Source of the DNA: Candidatus Cloacimonadales bacterium
GTDB lineage: Bacteria > Cloacimonadota > Cloacimonadia > Cloacimonadales > JAIOQZ01
NCBI GenBank assembly: GCA_963674825.1
Contig: OY771587.1
Coordinates: 3,330,864-3,394,863 of the forward strand
DNA length: 64,000 nt
Reading direction: 5' to 3'
Positions 27,316 to 36,608 of the stretch are shown piece by piece. The position numbers and the translations under genes are program-made. The notes under the pieces are model-generated. The model saw only the letters and a program-made list of their open reading frames with translations, had not been told where the DNA came from and did no database searches. Numbering within the stretch: position 1 is the stretch's first letter; each line of letters begins with the position of its first letter.

Positions 27316-30300
27316 ATCTCGATAACAACCTGAAAAACCTGATGGATGACCTCAATGAACGGGCTAAAGAGCTGAACTGCCTCTATCGTGTCGATGGTAT
27401 TCTGGGAAAGGCGCAGGATTCGATCGAGAACAAGATGTTGCAGATAGTCGATCTGATACCCGAAGGATGGCAACACTGCGATCTTTGTTCTGCAAGAATC
27501 GAACTGAATGAATTTGCCTGTCAGACTGACAATTATCGGGAAACTCCCTGGTTCCAGCAGAAAGAAATCGTGGTGAACAATCAAGCCGTCGGCTCTGTTC
27601 GCGTAACATATTCAGAAGACAAACCTTTCCTCAGAGAAGAAGACAAGCTGCTTCAAACGATTGCCGATAAAGTCGCAGCGTTTCTGGATCGTGACGAACT
27701 CAAACGCTCCGTTCAGCAATGGCAGCGATTAAAAAGCTCTCTGGAAAATTCCGCGGACCGTTCTGACTGGAAGGTTATCGTCGATTTGTTGTACAAAACC
27801 GACATTGAAGCCTATTTGCGCACTGCACGAAAGATGATGAACTATCTCTTTTGGATTGGCAACGAAAAGGCAATGTCGCTACTGGCAAAGATCAATATAG
27901 AAAAACTCGACGATAAACTTTTTGCGAATAAACCCTCAGACCGTACAGACAAGAACAGTCTCCTTGAAGGTTATCGAGAAGTGTTCGAGACAGCCGATTC
28001 TTTCCTTTCAAACGACGAGATCCTTGCCTGCCTGCATAAGTGGATGCAGGAGGATCGTATCAACTTCTTTGTGCTGGCTCTGGAGGATTTGGCTACATCT
28101 TTGACGGACATTCAAAACGCGTTGGCGCGGTTTTTCACACTGGGGTTAGACAAGATCGAACTTTCCGAGTACACGCGCAAGAACATCAACGTGCTGCTGG
28201 TTCTCCGATTCTTCACCGACCAACTGGAATTCATCAATATCGCCAAAAATTTTGTCCAGTTAACTGCTTTCCAGGATCTGGTTCAGCACATGATTTTCCC
28301 AAACAACAGTCACGGGAAGCTGGGCGGGAAAAGCGCCGGCATCTTCCTTGCTCAGAATATCATGAAATCCGAGATCGACAACAGCATGCACGGAATCGAG
28401 ATCAAGTACCCCAAAACCTGGTATATCACCTCTGATACGATGCATCGCTTCCTGCACTACAACAATCTCAAGGAAATCATCGAACAGAAGTACAAGGATA
28501 TCGAACAAATCCGCGAAGAATACGGTAATGTCATCCAGATGTTCAAGAACAGCCAGTTTCCCCCGGAGATAACCAAAGAACTCTCCCGCGCGCTGGATGA
28601 TTTTGGTCATCGTCCCATTATCGTGCGTAGCTCATCTTTGCTCGAAGACCGGGTAGGGGCGGCCTTCTCAGGGAAATACAAGAGTCTGTTTCTGGCAAAT
28701 CAGGGAACCAGAGCACAACGTTTGACAGCATTGATGGATGCTATCGCAGAGGTCTATGCTTCAACCTTCGGGCCAGATCCAATCGTCTATCGCAAGGAGC
28801 GTGGACTACTCGATTTCCACGAGGAGATGGCGATCATTATTCAGGAGGTAGTCGGAACCCGTGCAGGCAAGTATTTCTTCCCGGCGTTTGCCGGCGTGGC
28901 GTTCAGCAATAACGAATTCCGATGGTCACCTCGTATTAAACGCGATGATGGCTTGATTCGGTTGGTTCCTGGTCTCGGTACGCGTGCGGTCGATCGCTTG
29001 AGCGATGATTACCCGATTCTTGTCGCACCGGGACGCCCCGATCTGCGCGTGAACGCAACCAATGACGAAATTTTGCGATATTCCCCGAAGATGATCGATC
29101 TGATCAATCTGGAGGAAAACACATTCGAGACGATTTCGATGGTGGATGTTCTTCGCGAATGCGGGGATGATTTCCCGTTGATCGAGCAGATCGTATCTGC
29201 CTACGACAATGCCAGTATTGTATCTCGTAACCGGTTCAATATCGACTTCGCCAACGATGATCTGGTGGTGACCTTCCATGGGATGATCGAGAATAAATCG
29301 AATGGTTACATCAGGCTTCTGGGGGATATGATCTCAATCCTTAAAGAGAAGATGGGCGTACCGGTGGATATCGAGTTCGCATGTGACGGAAAAGCGCTTT
29401 ACCTTCTGCAATGCCGCTCCCAAAGCGCGGAGATTACCAGCACGCCATCCGCAATTCCCAAAGATGTGCCGCAAAAGGAAATCCTTTTCACTGCCAATCG
29501 TTTCATATCGAACGGTTTCGTTCCGGAGATCACACATTTGGTGTATGTCGATCCGCAAGCGTACAGCCAGTTGGAGACACTGGAGGAACACAAGGCTGTG
29601 GCGCGCGCGATTGGTAAGCTGAACGCGATCCTGCCGAAACGGAAATTCATCCTCATGGGACCGGGAAGGTGGGGGAGTCGTGGGGATATCAAACTCGGCG
29701 TGAGTGTTACCTATGCCGATATCAGCAATACCGCGGTTCTGATAGAAATCGCCAGGAAAAAAGGGCAATATACCCCGGATCTTTCTTTCGGGACACATTT
29801 TTTCCAGGATCTGGTGGAGTCCTCTATTCGCTATATACCGCTCTATCCTGATGAGGGAGAGAACATCCTGAACGAGTTTTTTCTGCAAAGTGCCGACAAT
29901 ATTCTACCGGAGTTGGTACCTGAACTGAGCGACCTGCAAAAAATTATTCGGGTTGTCGATATCCCAGCTTCGACGCATGAAAAATATCTAAGAATACTCA
30001 TGAACGCTGATCTGGACGAAGCGCTCGCGTATTTCAGCCAGGACCATGAGGCAAGCAGTATTGTCTCCCGGGAATCGTCGATATCATCTTCGCAACCAGA
30101 GAATCACTGGTTATGGCGGTATCGGATGGCGGAGAAGATTGCGCGGTTGGTCGATCGTGAACGTTTCGGCGTGAAAAACATGTATATATTTGGAAGCGTG
30201 AAGAACTCTAACTCCGGCCCTGCGAGCGATATCGATCTTCTGATCCACATCGAAGACGAACCGCAGAGCCGCCAGGCTCTCCTGCTATGGCTGGAGGGGT

Positions 30301-30470
30301 GGTCTCGATGCCTTTCCGAGATTAATTACCTAAGGACTGGATATCACACCGACGGCTTGCTGGATGTGCATCTGATAACAGACGAAGATATTGAGAACAA
30401 ATCCAGTTTCGCCACTCGGATCAATGCCATAACAGACGCTGCACGGCCACTTACTCTTCCAGAACGATGA
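27309..30470 (+). CDS. Three-part protein: KELxCLY sensor module + PPDK_N ATP-grasp + C-terminal Pol-beta-type nucleotidyltransferase
   Basis: 7-nt overlap with the upstream gene. N-terminal module begins LNERAKELNCLYRVDGIL. PPDK_N motifs are GGKSAG, IIVRSSSLLEDRVGAAFSGKYKS and MAIIIQEVVG. The shared C-terminal module reads GPGRWGSRGDIKLGV...LSFGTHFFQD. The NTase motif is FGSVKNSNSGPASDIDLLIHIE. Confidence 0.8.
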   Translation: MVNLDNNLKNLMDDLNERAKELNCLYRVDGILGKAQDSIENKMLQIVDLIPEGWQHCDLCSARIELNEFACQTDNYRETPWFQQKEIVVNNQAVGSVRVTYSEDKPFLREEDKLLQTIADKVAAFLDRDELKRSVQQWQRLKSSLENSADRSDWKVIVDLLYKTDIEAYLRTARKMMNYLFWIGNEKAMSLLAKINIEKLDDKLFANKPSDRTDKNSLLEGYREVFETADSFLSNDEILACLHKWMQEDRINFFVLALEDLATSLTDIQNALARFFTLGLDKIELSEYTRKNINVLLVLRFFTDQLEFINIAKNFVQLTAFQDLVQHMIFPNNSHGKLGGKSAGIFLAQNIMKSEIDNSMHGIEIKYPKTWYITSDTMHRFLHYNNLKEIIEQKYKDIEQIREEYGNVIQMFKNSQFPPEITKELSRALDDFGHRPIIVRSSSLLEDRVGAAFSGKYKSLFLANQGTRAQRLTALMDAIAEVYASTFGPDPIVYRKERGLLDFHEEMAIIIQEVVGTRAGKYFFPAFAGVAFSNNEFRWSPRIKRDDGLIRLVPGLGTRAVDRLSDDYPILVAPGRPDLRVNATNDEILRYSPKMIDLINLEENTFETISMVDVLRECGDDFPLIEQIVSAYDNASIVSRNRFNIDFANDDLVVTFHGMIENKSNGYIRLLGDMISILKEKMGVPVDIEFACDGKALYLLQCRSQSAEITSTPSAIPKDVPQKEILFTANRFISNGFVPEITHLVYVDPQAYSQLETLEEHKAVARAIGKLNAILPKRKFILMGPGRWGSRGDIKLGVSVTYADISNTAVLIEIARKKGQYTPDLSFGTHFFQDLVESSIRYIPLYPDEGENILNEFFLQSADNILPELVPELSDLQKIIRVVDIPASTHEKYLRILMNADLDEALAYFSQDHEASSIVSRESSISSSQPENHWLWRYRMAEKIARLVDRERFGVKNMYIFGSVKNSNSGPASDIDLLIHIEDEPQSRQALLLWLEGWSRCLSEINYLRTGYHTDGLLDVHLITDEDIENKSSFATRINAITDAARPLTLPER

Positions 30471-30631
30471 GCGACCAGAAAAAGAAAACGCCTGAGCAGA
30501 GTTCTGCGGATAAACCGGCGGAAGTAGCGCCGAAGAAGCTCAAGGGCCTTTGCATCAACTGCGATTATCGCGACACCTGCACACTGCCCAAGCCAGAAAC
30601 CGGAGTATGGTTTTGCGAGGAATATCGGTAA
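30467..30631 (+). CDS. Unannotated 54-aa Cys-rich micro-protein, translationally coupled (ATGA) to the PPDK_N-NTase gene
   Basis: Below the ORF-track size cutoff. ATG 30467 overlaps the stop at 30468..30470. It translates to MSDQKKKTPEQSSADKPAEVAPKKLKGLCINCDYRDTCTLPKPETGVWFCEEYR, a basic disordered N-terminus followed by CxxC-x5-C-x12-C. Confidence 0.55.
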   Translation: MSDQKKKTPEQSSADKPAEVAPKKLKGLCINCDYRDTCTLPKPETGVWFCEEYR

Positions 30632-30656
30632 GATCATAAGATGATTTAAAGGTGAA

Positions 30657-33008
30657 TCACTTCATCATCATCACTTTGCGATACAACGTCTTACCGGAGT
30701 ATCTCATACGGCAGATATAGACACCACTACTGACCGTCGATTGTCGATTGTTTCGTCCATCCCACACGATTTCATGCTCTCCAGCTTGATATGTGATGCC
30801 GCCTAAGTCGCGTATTTTCTGACCGCGCATATTGTAGATTGCGATCTTGACGGTAGAGGTTGTTGGTATCGTGAAACGTATCGTCGTGCTGGGATTGAAC
30901 GGATTCGGATAGTTGGTCAATCCTGATTCGTAGGGTGGGATATTCTGTTGAGTTGCCATATCTGGATCGTACTCGTAGCAACCCATGTCGATACGAGCAA
31001 TACCATCCTGATCGCCGTCGACAAAGCGGTCATTGAGCAGCAAATCATATAGCGGAAGATACATTCCTGTTGTATCCGCTCTGCCGGCATCAATGCTGAG
31101 GTCACCTGCTGGAAGACGGTAGGGAAAAAGACTCTCTGGATTGTTTGTATTCCAGTCTGGTGGGGCATTGATATTGCCGTCTAGCCAGTTCAGTGTGCAA
31201 AGTTCAACATCCGGTACATATATGCTCGCTTCGCCTCCATTGATGTTGCAGTGATCAATATTGAGGACGTTCTCAAGCTGCGCACTAGCTCCGGATAGTA
31301 GTGTGATTTCATATTGTGTGAGGTCGTCGAATATGCAATTAGCTGCATTTACTTCTTCCCACCCCACATCGAGTGTGGCAAACGAGGAATTGTTGTCAAC
31401 AAATGTGCAATTATAGATATCTTCACCACCACTGCTTCGTAAAGTTACAACACTCTCAGTAGGCATCGTGTTATTATATATCAGATTGTTTCGAAACGTT
31501 AGGTGCGTCTCCATTCCTTCCCAACTTCCCATTGATATTGCGAGGCTATGCCATTGAGATTGACATGAGCCGTTACCGAACGTGCAGTTCTCCACTAGAG
31601 CATCTCCACGCATGCTAACGTATAGATGGGCATACCCAAAATCGTATTCTCCTGAAGCAGTTGCGTGATTGTTGTAAAACATGCAATTGCGAATAACTGT
31701 GTTGCCGGACAGAAGGTAAGCTCCCGGCCTATCTTCCGCAATGTTGTCATGAATGCTTGAGTTTGTGAGTGTAAAATTATCTACGTTAGCGATATGTATA
31801 GCTCCTACGCCTTCACTGTTTGCGCCCGATGCATCAATATCGTCTAACATCACTTGATTTGAGCGTGTTATACCAATTAGCTTATCGATATTTGTGCTGT
31901 TGTTAACTAATTTTAGCCCAGAAGCTTGAACTATCTGATTACCAAATCCTGAACCAATAAATGGCATCCCCCGATCATTATATAGCGTAACAAAATCGGA
32001 ACTTTCTCCATGTAAGATGCAATGATCCTTCAGCGAGATCGGAAGAAGCAAATTTGTTTCTTCATAGCTATATTCTCCTGCAGCGACATACACAGTTTTG
32101 GGATTCAAGCTGTCCGATGCAATTTTCCGCATTGCCAAGGAAATGTTCTGGAGGGGATCTTCCGGTGATAGTCCGCTGTTGCTATCATCTCCATTTGGAG
32201 CAACGTACAGGTCATGATTGACTTCTTCCATCCAGCCGTGCAGAACATCGTGCGTCAGTTCTCCATCATCATTTAGCTGATGAAAGAAATGCGAAAAATA
32301 TTGGGTTGGCGGATTAACGGTGAACGTATCTACTATAACTTCGATATTGCTACCTGCATCAATTGCGTAAAGGTCGCAGTGAATACCGCCCGTATTATTG
32401 TATATATTGCAACGATTCTCAAGATCGAATGTCAAGTTTGAATCGTAAAGAACACATATTCCTCCTCCCACATATGCTTGGTTATTAATTATTGAGACTC
32501 CAGACAAGATAAGACCTGCCTGCACTACATATATCCCTCCTCCTGAATATGAAATGTTGTCGCGTATTATACAGTTATCAATTGTCGCATCAATGATGGG
32601 ATTAATATTGTAATTGGTGCATATAAACACACCGCCTCCAGACATGCCATCACTGAAATCAATCCCACTCCCGTTTGTTATGGTGAATCCTTTTATTCTA
32701 GCATTCTGCTCATGATCATTGAGGACAAAGCAACTTCCCGTTTGATTACCATTCACGATCGTTGTACCAATGTAGCTCTCATCGCCGGTTGTGAGTTCAA
32801 GGCTGGCGATGGTGATACCGTGGCCATTGAAGTTGACGTTTTCGTAGTAGGTTCCGGGCCAAACCAGCACGGTATCGCCATCTGCAGATGCATTCACGGC
32901 GGATTGGATGGTTGTCCAGTCACCGGTTCCGTCCTGCTTTACAGTGATGATGACTGCGGAGAGTGAGATCGCTGCTGTGACAAGGATCAGGGCTATCAGG
33001 TTTTTCAT
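30657..33008 (-). CDS. Secreted parallel beta-helix protein with T9SS type-A C-terminal sorting domain
   Basis: Signal peptide MKNLIALILVTAAISLSAV. Beta-helix repeats (GGGVFI, GGGIYV, GGGICV...). The C-terminus NYPNPFNPSTTIRFTIP...VKIAIYNMRGQKIRDL...WDGRNN...SGVYICRM matches the Por/T9SS CTD pattern. Confidence 0.88.
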   Translation of the reverse strand: MKNLIALILVTAAISLSAVIITVKQDGTGDWTTIQSAVNASADGDTVLVWPGTYYENVNFNGHGITIASLELTTGDESYIGTTIVNGNQTGSCFVLNDHEQNARIKGFTITNGSGIDFSDGMSGGGVFICTNYNINPIIDATIDNCIIRDNISYSGGGIYVVQAGLILSGVSIINNQAYVGGGICVLYDSNLTFDLENRCNIYNNTGGIHCDLYAIDAGSNIEVIVDTFTVNPPTQYFSHFFHQLNDDGELTHDVLHGWMEEVNHDLYVAPNGDDSNSGLSPEDPLQNISLAMRKIASDSLNPKTVYVAAGEYSYEETNLLLPISLKDHCILHGESSDFVTLYNDRGMPFIGSGFGNQIVQASGLKLVNNSTNIDKLIGITRSNQVMLDDIDASGANSEGVGAIHIANVDNFTLTNSSIHDNIAEDRPGAYLLSGNTVIRNCMFYNNHATASGEYDFGYAHLYVSMRGDALVENCTFGNGSCQSQWHSLAISMGSWEGMETHLTFRNNLIYNNTMPTESVVTLRSSGGEDIYNCTFVDNNSSFATLDVGWEEVNAANCIFDDLTQYEITLLSGASAQLENVLNIDHCNINGGEASIYVPDVELCTLNWLDGNINAPPDWNTNNPESLFPYRLPAGDLSIDAGRADTTGMYLPLYDLLLNDRFVDGDQDGIARIDMGCYEYDPDMATQQNIPPYESGLTNYPNPFNPSTTIRFTIPTTSTVKIAIYNMRGQKIRDLGGITYQAGEHEIVWDGRNNRQSTVSSGVYICRMRYSGKTLYRKVMMMK

Positions 33009-33039
33009 GGTTTCTCCGGGTTAGAGACCCTCACCCTAA

Positions 33040-33063
33040 CCCTCTCCCGCAAGCGGGAGAGGG
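33040..33063. repeat. GC-rich perfect hairpin CCCTCTCCCGC-AA-GCGGGAGAGGG (REP-like intergenic element)
   Basis: 11-bp perfect inverted repeat between two same-strand genes, preceded by CCCTCACCCTAAC. There is no T-tract on either strand. Confidence 0.5.
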
Positions 33064-33095
33064 AATAAAAGGTGGGGTTATACTTTGCTTCATCC

Positions 33096-35354
33096 TTATT
33101 TTAAGAGCAACGCCTTATTGATGCGCGTCTCGCCATCAGTGCGGAGTCTGATAAAGTAGATTCCGCTGGCCGCGTCGGTCGCATCCCACACAATCTGATG
33201 TTTACCCGAAGGCATCGTGCTGTCAAGAAGTGTCTTGACCTTCTGACCTCTGACATTGAACACCTCGATGGATGCTTTGCCGTCGGATGCCAGAGAAAAC
33301 TCGATCGTTGTTGTCGGGTTGAATGGATTGGGGAAGCAATCAAGCGATGTCCGATACGGTTCGGTGATGTCATTGATCGCCAGAAGCGGTTCGAGATGAA
33401 AATAAACGGTGCAGTTCGCGCTCTGTTGCGCGCTATCGGTGGCTGTGATGCTCATCGGCGCATTCTGGGCTTCCTGTACATCATGCCATACGCTGAGTAC
33501 ACCGGTCGAATCGTCGAAGCTCCACTCAAGCTCCAGGCTGTTTGTTTGAAACGCGAATACGAGCTCTTCATCAGGCGTGAAATCATCCTGAACATGTTCC
33601 CAGAGCGAGAGCGTTACAATGCTATCGGCAGGGACAGTGACAACGAAGGGCATGCCTGTAAATGTCGGTGGGTCATCGGGATTGTTGTTGATCGTGATGA
33701 CCATGCTCTCGGTTGTGGTATTTCCAACGCCATCTTCGGCCCAAACCTCGAGCGTGTAAAATCCATCGGGTAGCTGGGTTGTGTCGAATCGCTGGAGCGC
33801 ATCGTTTTCGGTCATGGCAGTGTCGGCGTCTGCATGGCTGATAATGTAGTAGTAATTTCGGGACGTGTAATCGCCGATACTGAAGCAAGTGTTATCGCGA
33901 CTGAAGATGGTGGCGAGACATTCAGCGTCATACGTGGCTTCTCCGTAGGTGTCGTTGGGATAATCCATCGTGAAGGCGAGCTGGTCGATGAGGATGCTAT
34001 CCGGATTCTCAACTGCTGCGATTCTGTACCCGATACGGCTAATGGTGCAACGCCAGTTGCTGTTGATAATGTCATGCGCTTTAGCGATAATATCCACAGT
34101 TCCACTGAGTGCTTCGGGATTTGCGTAGTTATTGTTACTGATGCGGAACGCGAAGAGTTCATTCTGCAGTGCATTTTCGAAAACAGGTGGATTGGTGTCG
34201 AAGTGCTCGTAGGTATCGCGCAACGGATCGTCAGTAGTCCACCACTGGCCGTCCCAAACGACTCCGCTATCCTGGATTCGAGCGTAATGGCAGTGATGAA
34301 AGTCGGACACGGGCCATTCGACAAGTGTTCCAATTACGTCTCCTGCCTGAACAGCGTCACCTTCAGCGACAGTTATACTGTTCTGGTTGAGATGAGCATA
34401 AAGGTATCCTTCGCATTCATCATTTGTATTCTCGAGTGCTATCGCAACGCGCCAGTATAGGTCGCCACCTGTTGTCAGTACAGCTTTTACGATGCCATCT
34501 GCGACTGCGAAGACCTGCTCATTGGGTTGTCCGAGGAAATCGACACCGGGATGCAGATAAGGAGTTCCGCCATAATCTTGAATCTCGAGGTAGGTATTGC
34601 CGATAGGATGAGGATAATCTGCTTCACCGTAGTGCAGAGGTGATGGGATTGGCTGATGTGTTCGGTTATGACGAGAAGCCGGAGCCAGGCGTGTTTTTTC
34701 TATTGTTCCGTCGGTGACATTTATCAGCTTGAATTCTTGCCCTATTCTCTCACTCACATAAATTTTACCATCTTGCAGCGCGACATCGTGCAAGGATCCG
34801 TTCGTGCTGAATAGGGTCTGATTATCTTCCAGGTTATAGAACCGAGTTTGTGTCTGTATAAGTATTGTGTCATTGTTGACGATCATTTTACGCACGATTC
34901 CATCGACACTGTAAACCTTCTCGCGATAACTGATTGTATTACTATTGGAATCCCATAGGGCGAGATTTCCTTTTTGATCGATTGTGAACGCGTCAGCAGC
35001 GGGGAAGATGTGCATTTCTCCGGTATCGGTGTCGAGAGTTCGAACGGCATCACCCGTGGAGAAGACAAGCCAACGAAGATTCGGTGATAATATAGGATCA
35101 ATCGTTTGCCTGAATTGCCATTCACCGAGTATGGTTTCATTGCTGTTAAAAAGTCGGAGTGTGACCGACTGGTGGTCGTGGTGCTCAATATCAATTGAAT
35201 TGTTTAGGCAAGTATAGCGGTCGATGAAGCCGATGTGCTGGCAAGTGTCACCTGTATCGATATACCCACCAGAGGTTAATGATATGGCTGAAAGGGGTAT
35301 GACTGTCATGTACAGTATTGAGATTGTGATAAGCAGTTTCCGAATCTTTTTCAT
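33096..35354 (-). CDS. M23-family metallopeptidase domain protein with T9SS C-terminal sorting domain
   Basis: Start re-called to ATG 35354 (GGGAGG RBS; MKKIRKLLITISILYMTVIPLSA). M23 motifs are HPGVDFLG, AVADGIV, YAHLNQ and HHCHY. The CTD reads CFPNPFNPTTTIEFSL...IEVFNVRGQKVKTL...WDATD...SGIYFIRL. Confidence 0.85.
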   Translation of the reverse strand: MKKIRKLLITISILYMTVIPLSAISLTSGGYIDTGDTCQHIGFIDRYTCLNNSIDIEHHDHQSVTLRLFNSNETILGEWQFRQTIDPILSPNLRWLVFSTGDAVRTLDTDTGEMHIFPAADAFTIDQKGNLALWDSNSNTISYREKVYSVDGIVRKMIVNNDTILIQTQTRFYNLEDNQTLFSTNGSLHDVALQDGKIYVSERIGQEFKLINVTDGTIEKTRLAPASRHNRTHQPIPSPLHYGEADYPHPIGNTYLEIQDYGGTPYLHPGVDFLGQPNEQVFAVADGIVKAVLTTGGDLYWRVAIALENTNDECEGYLYAHLNQNSITVAEGDAVQAGDVIGTLVEWPVSDFHHCHYARIQDSGVVWDGQWWTTDDPLRDTYEHFDTNPPVFENALQNELFAFRISNNNYANPEALSGTVDIIAKAHDIINSNWRCTISRIGYRIAAVENPDSILIDQLAFTMDYPNDTYGEATYDAECLATIFSRDNTCFSIGDYTSRNYYYIISHADADTAMTENDALQRFDTTQLPDGFYTLEVWAEDGVGNTTTESMVITINNNPDDPPTFTGMPFVVTVPADSIVTLSLWEHVQDDFTPDEELVFAFQTNSLELEWSFDDSTGVLSVWHDVQEAQNAPMSITATDSAQQSANCTVYFHLEPLLAINDITEPYRTSLDCFPNPFNPTTTIEFSLASDGKASIEVFNVRGQKVKTLLDSTMPSGKHQIVWDATDAASGIYFIRLRTDGETRINKALLLK

Positions 35355-35613
35355 ATTGTCCTCCCGAAGAATAATCGATAGATACATTGAAGATTTATGA
35401 TTTTTTTATTCCGTAATGTCAAATAAAATCTTAAAACCCCTGAATGGTGGCATAATAATAGAAGTGTGAAAAAGCATCAGCATGCGTCAGGCAGTTAAGA
35501 AGTATACGATGGCTTATTACTCATATGCTCGAATGGAGGTTCACAGACTCAGGAAACTGCTTGACTGATAACGTTGTGTCAGAAAATTGGGAAGCTGTAA
35601 TGAAGGAGGAAAT

Positions 35614-36597
35614 ATGTCGAAATACATGACATTCTTACTTATTTCAGTCTTCACGATCTTTGTATTAGCTGGTTGCCAGAAAAAGGACTCGAAACCTGCG
35701 GATGAGCTTCAGCCTGTTCGATACGGTGGACAATTCTATCCAGGTGAGTTCCTGCTTGATGGATACGATTTCTTCAGCCCCCAGAACGTAACAGTACAAC
35801 ACAAGATTTTCAGCTCCGGTACGGAAAACAACGAAGCACTCATCAGTGGTAACATTGATATTAACGTAGGTTCCGATTCCAAATCGGTTGCGCTTTTCAA
35901 TGCAATGGGCGATAAAGCCCTCATTATCGGTACCGTACAGCGTGGAAACCGCTACTCGACCATGATTCGCCCTGATGCGACCTATACCGATTGGGCCGAT
36001 CTCAAGGGTAAGGTTGTTGGTACTCGTTTCGGATCAGGAGCGGAATTCGTACTGCGTAAGTACTTCGATTCACGTGACGATCTGTCTTGGGACGACTTCG
36101 AGTGGGTCAACATCAAGACGGAAGACATGATTGCCGCGCTTGTGAATAAGAAGATCGAAGCCTTTACCGTTTGGGCTCCGACCAGTGAAATCGCTGAAGC
36201 TCAGGGCAATGCGAAGCTGCTCCGCAATTTTGGTGATGTCGCGCTTACTCCTGTGCTCATCCACACAACGAAAGATTATGCTGACAACAACCGCGAAGCG
36301 CTGGTTCGCTTCATGATGGGCCAGCTTGAAAAAGCGAAGATGATCAAAGACAACCCTGCTGAAGCTGCAAAATACGCAGCAACAGCTGCTCAGGAAAAGG
36401 GGATGGACGTTGCACCCGAGGCGTTTGAGCTTATCTTCCAGCGTATCAATTTCCAGATCGATTTCGGTCAGGAAATCATCGACGAGCTGAAAGAAACAGG
36501 TGCTTTCCTTCAATCTCAAGGAAAGATCGACGAGGTACCGGAGTTTTACTGGGACGATTCGTTTGTACGCGAAGCGCAAACCCGTCTTGCTAAGTAA
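35614..36597 (+). CDS. ABC transporter substrate-binding lipoprotein (NMT1/THI5-like, NitT/TauT family)
   Basis: Start re-called to ATG 35614 (GAAGGAGG RBS). Lipobox LAGC. The periplasmic-binding-protein pattern is similar to sulfonate/taurine/nitrate binders. Confidence 0.75.
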   Translation: MSKYMTFLLISVFTIFVLAGCQKKDSKPADELQPVRYGGQFYPGEFLLDGYDFFSPQNVTVQHKIFSSGTENNEALISGNIDINVGSDSKSVALFNAMGDKALIIGTVQRGNRYSTMIRPDATYTDWADLKGKVVGTRFGSGAEFVLRKYFDSRDDLSWDDFEWVNIKTEDMIAALVNKKIEAFTVWAPTSEIAEAQGNAKLLRNFGDVALTPVLIHTTKDYADNNREALVRFMMGQLEKAKMIKDNPAEAAKYAATAAQEKGMDVAPEAFELIFQRINFQIDFGQEIIDELKETGAFLQSQGKIDEVPEFYWDDSFVREAQTRLAK

Positions 36598-36608
36598 TTC
36601 GGAAGAGA

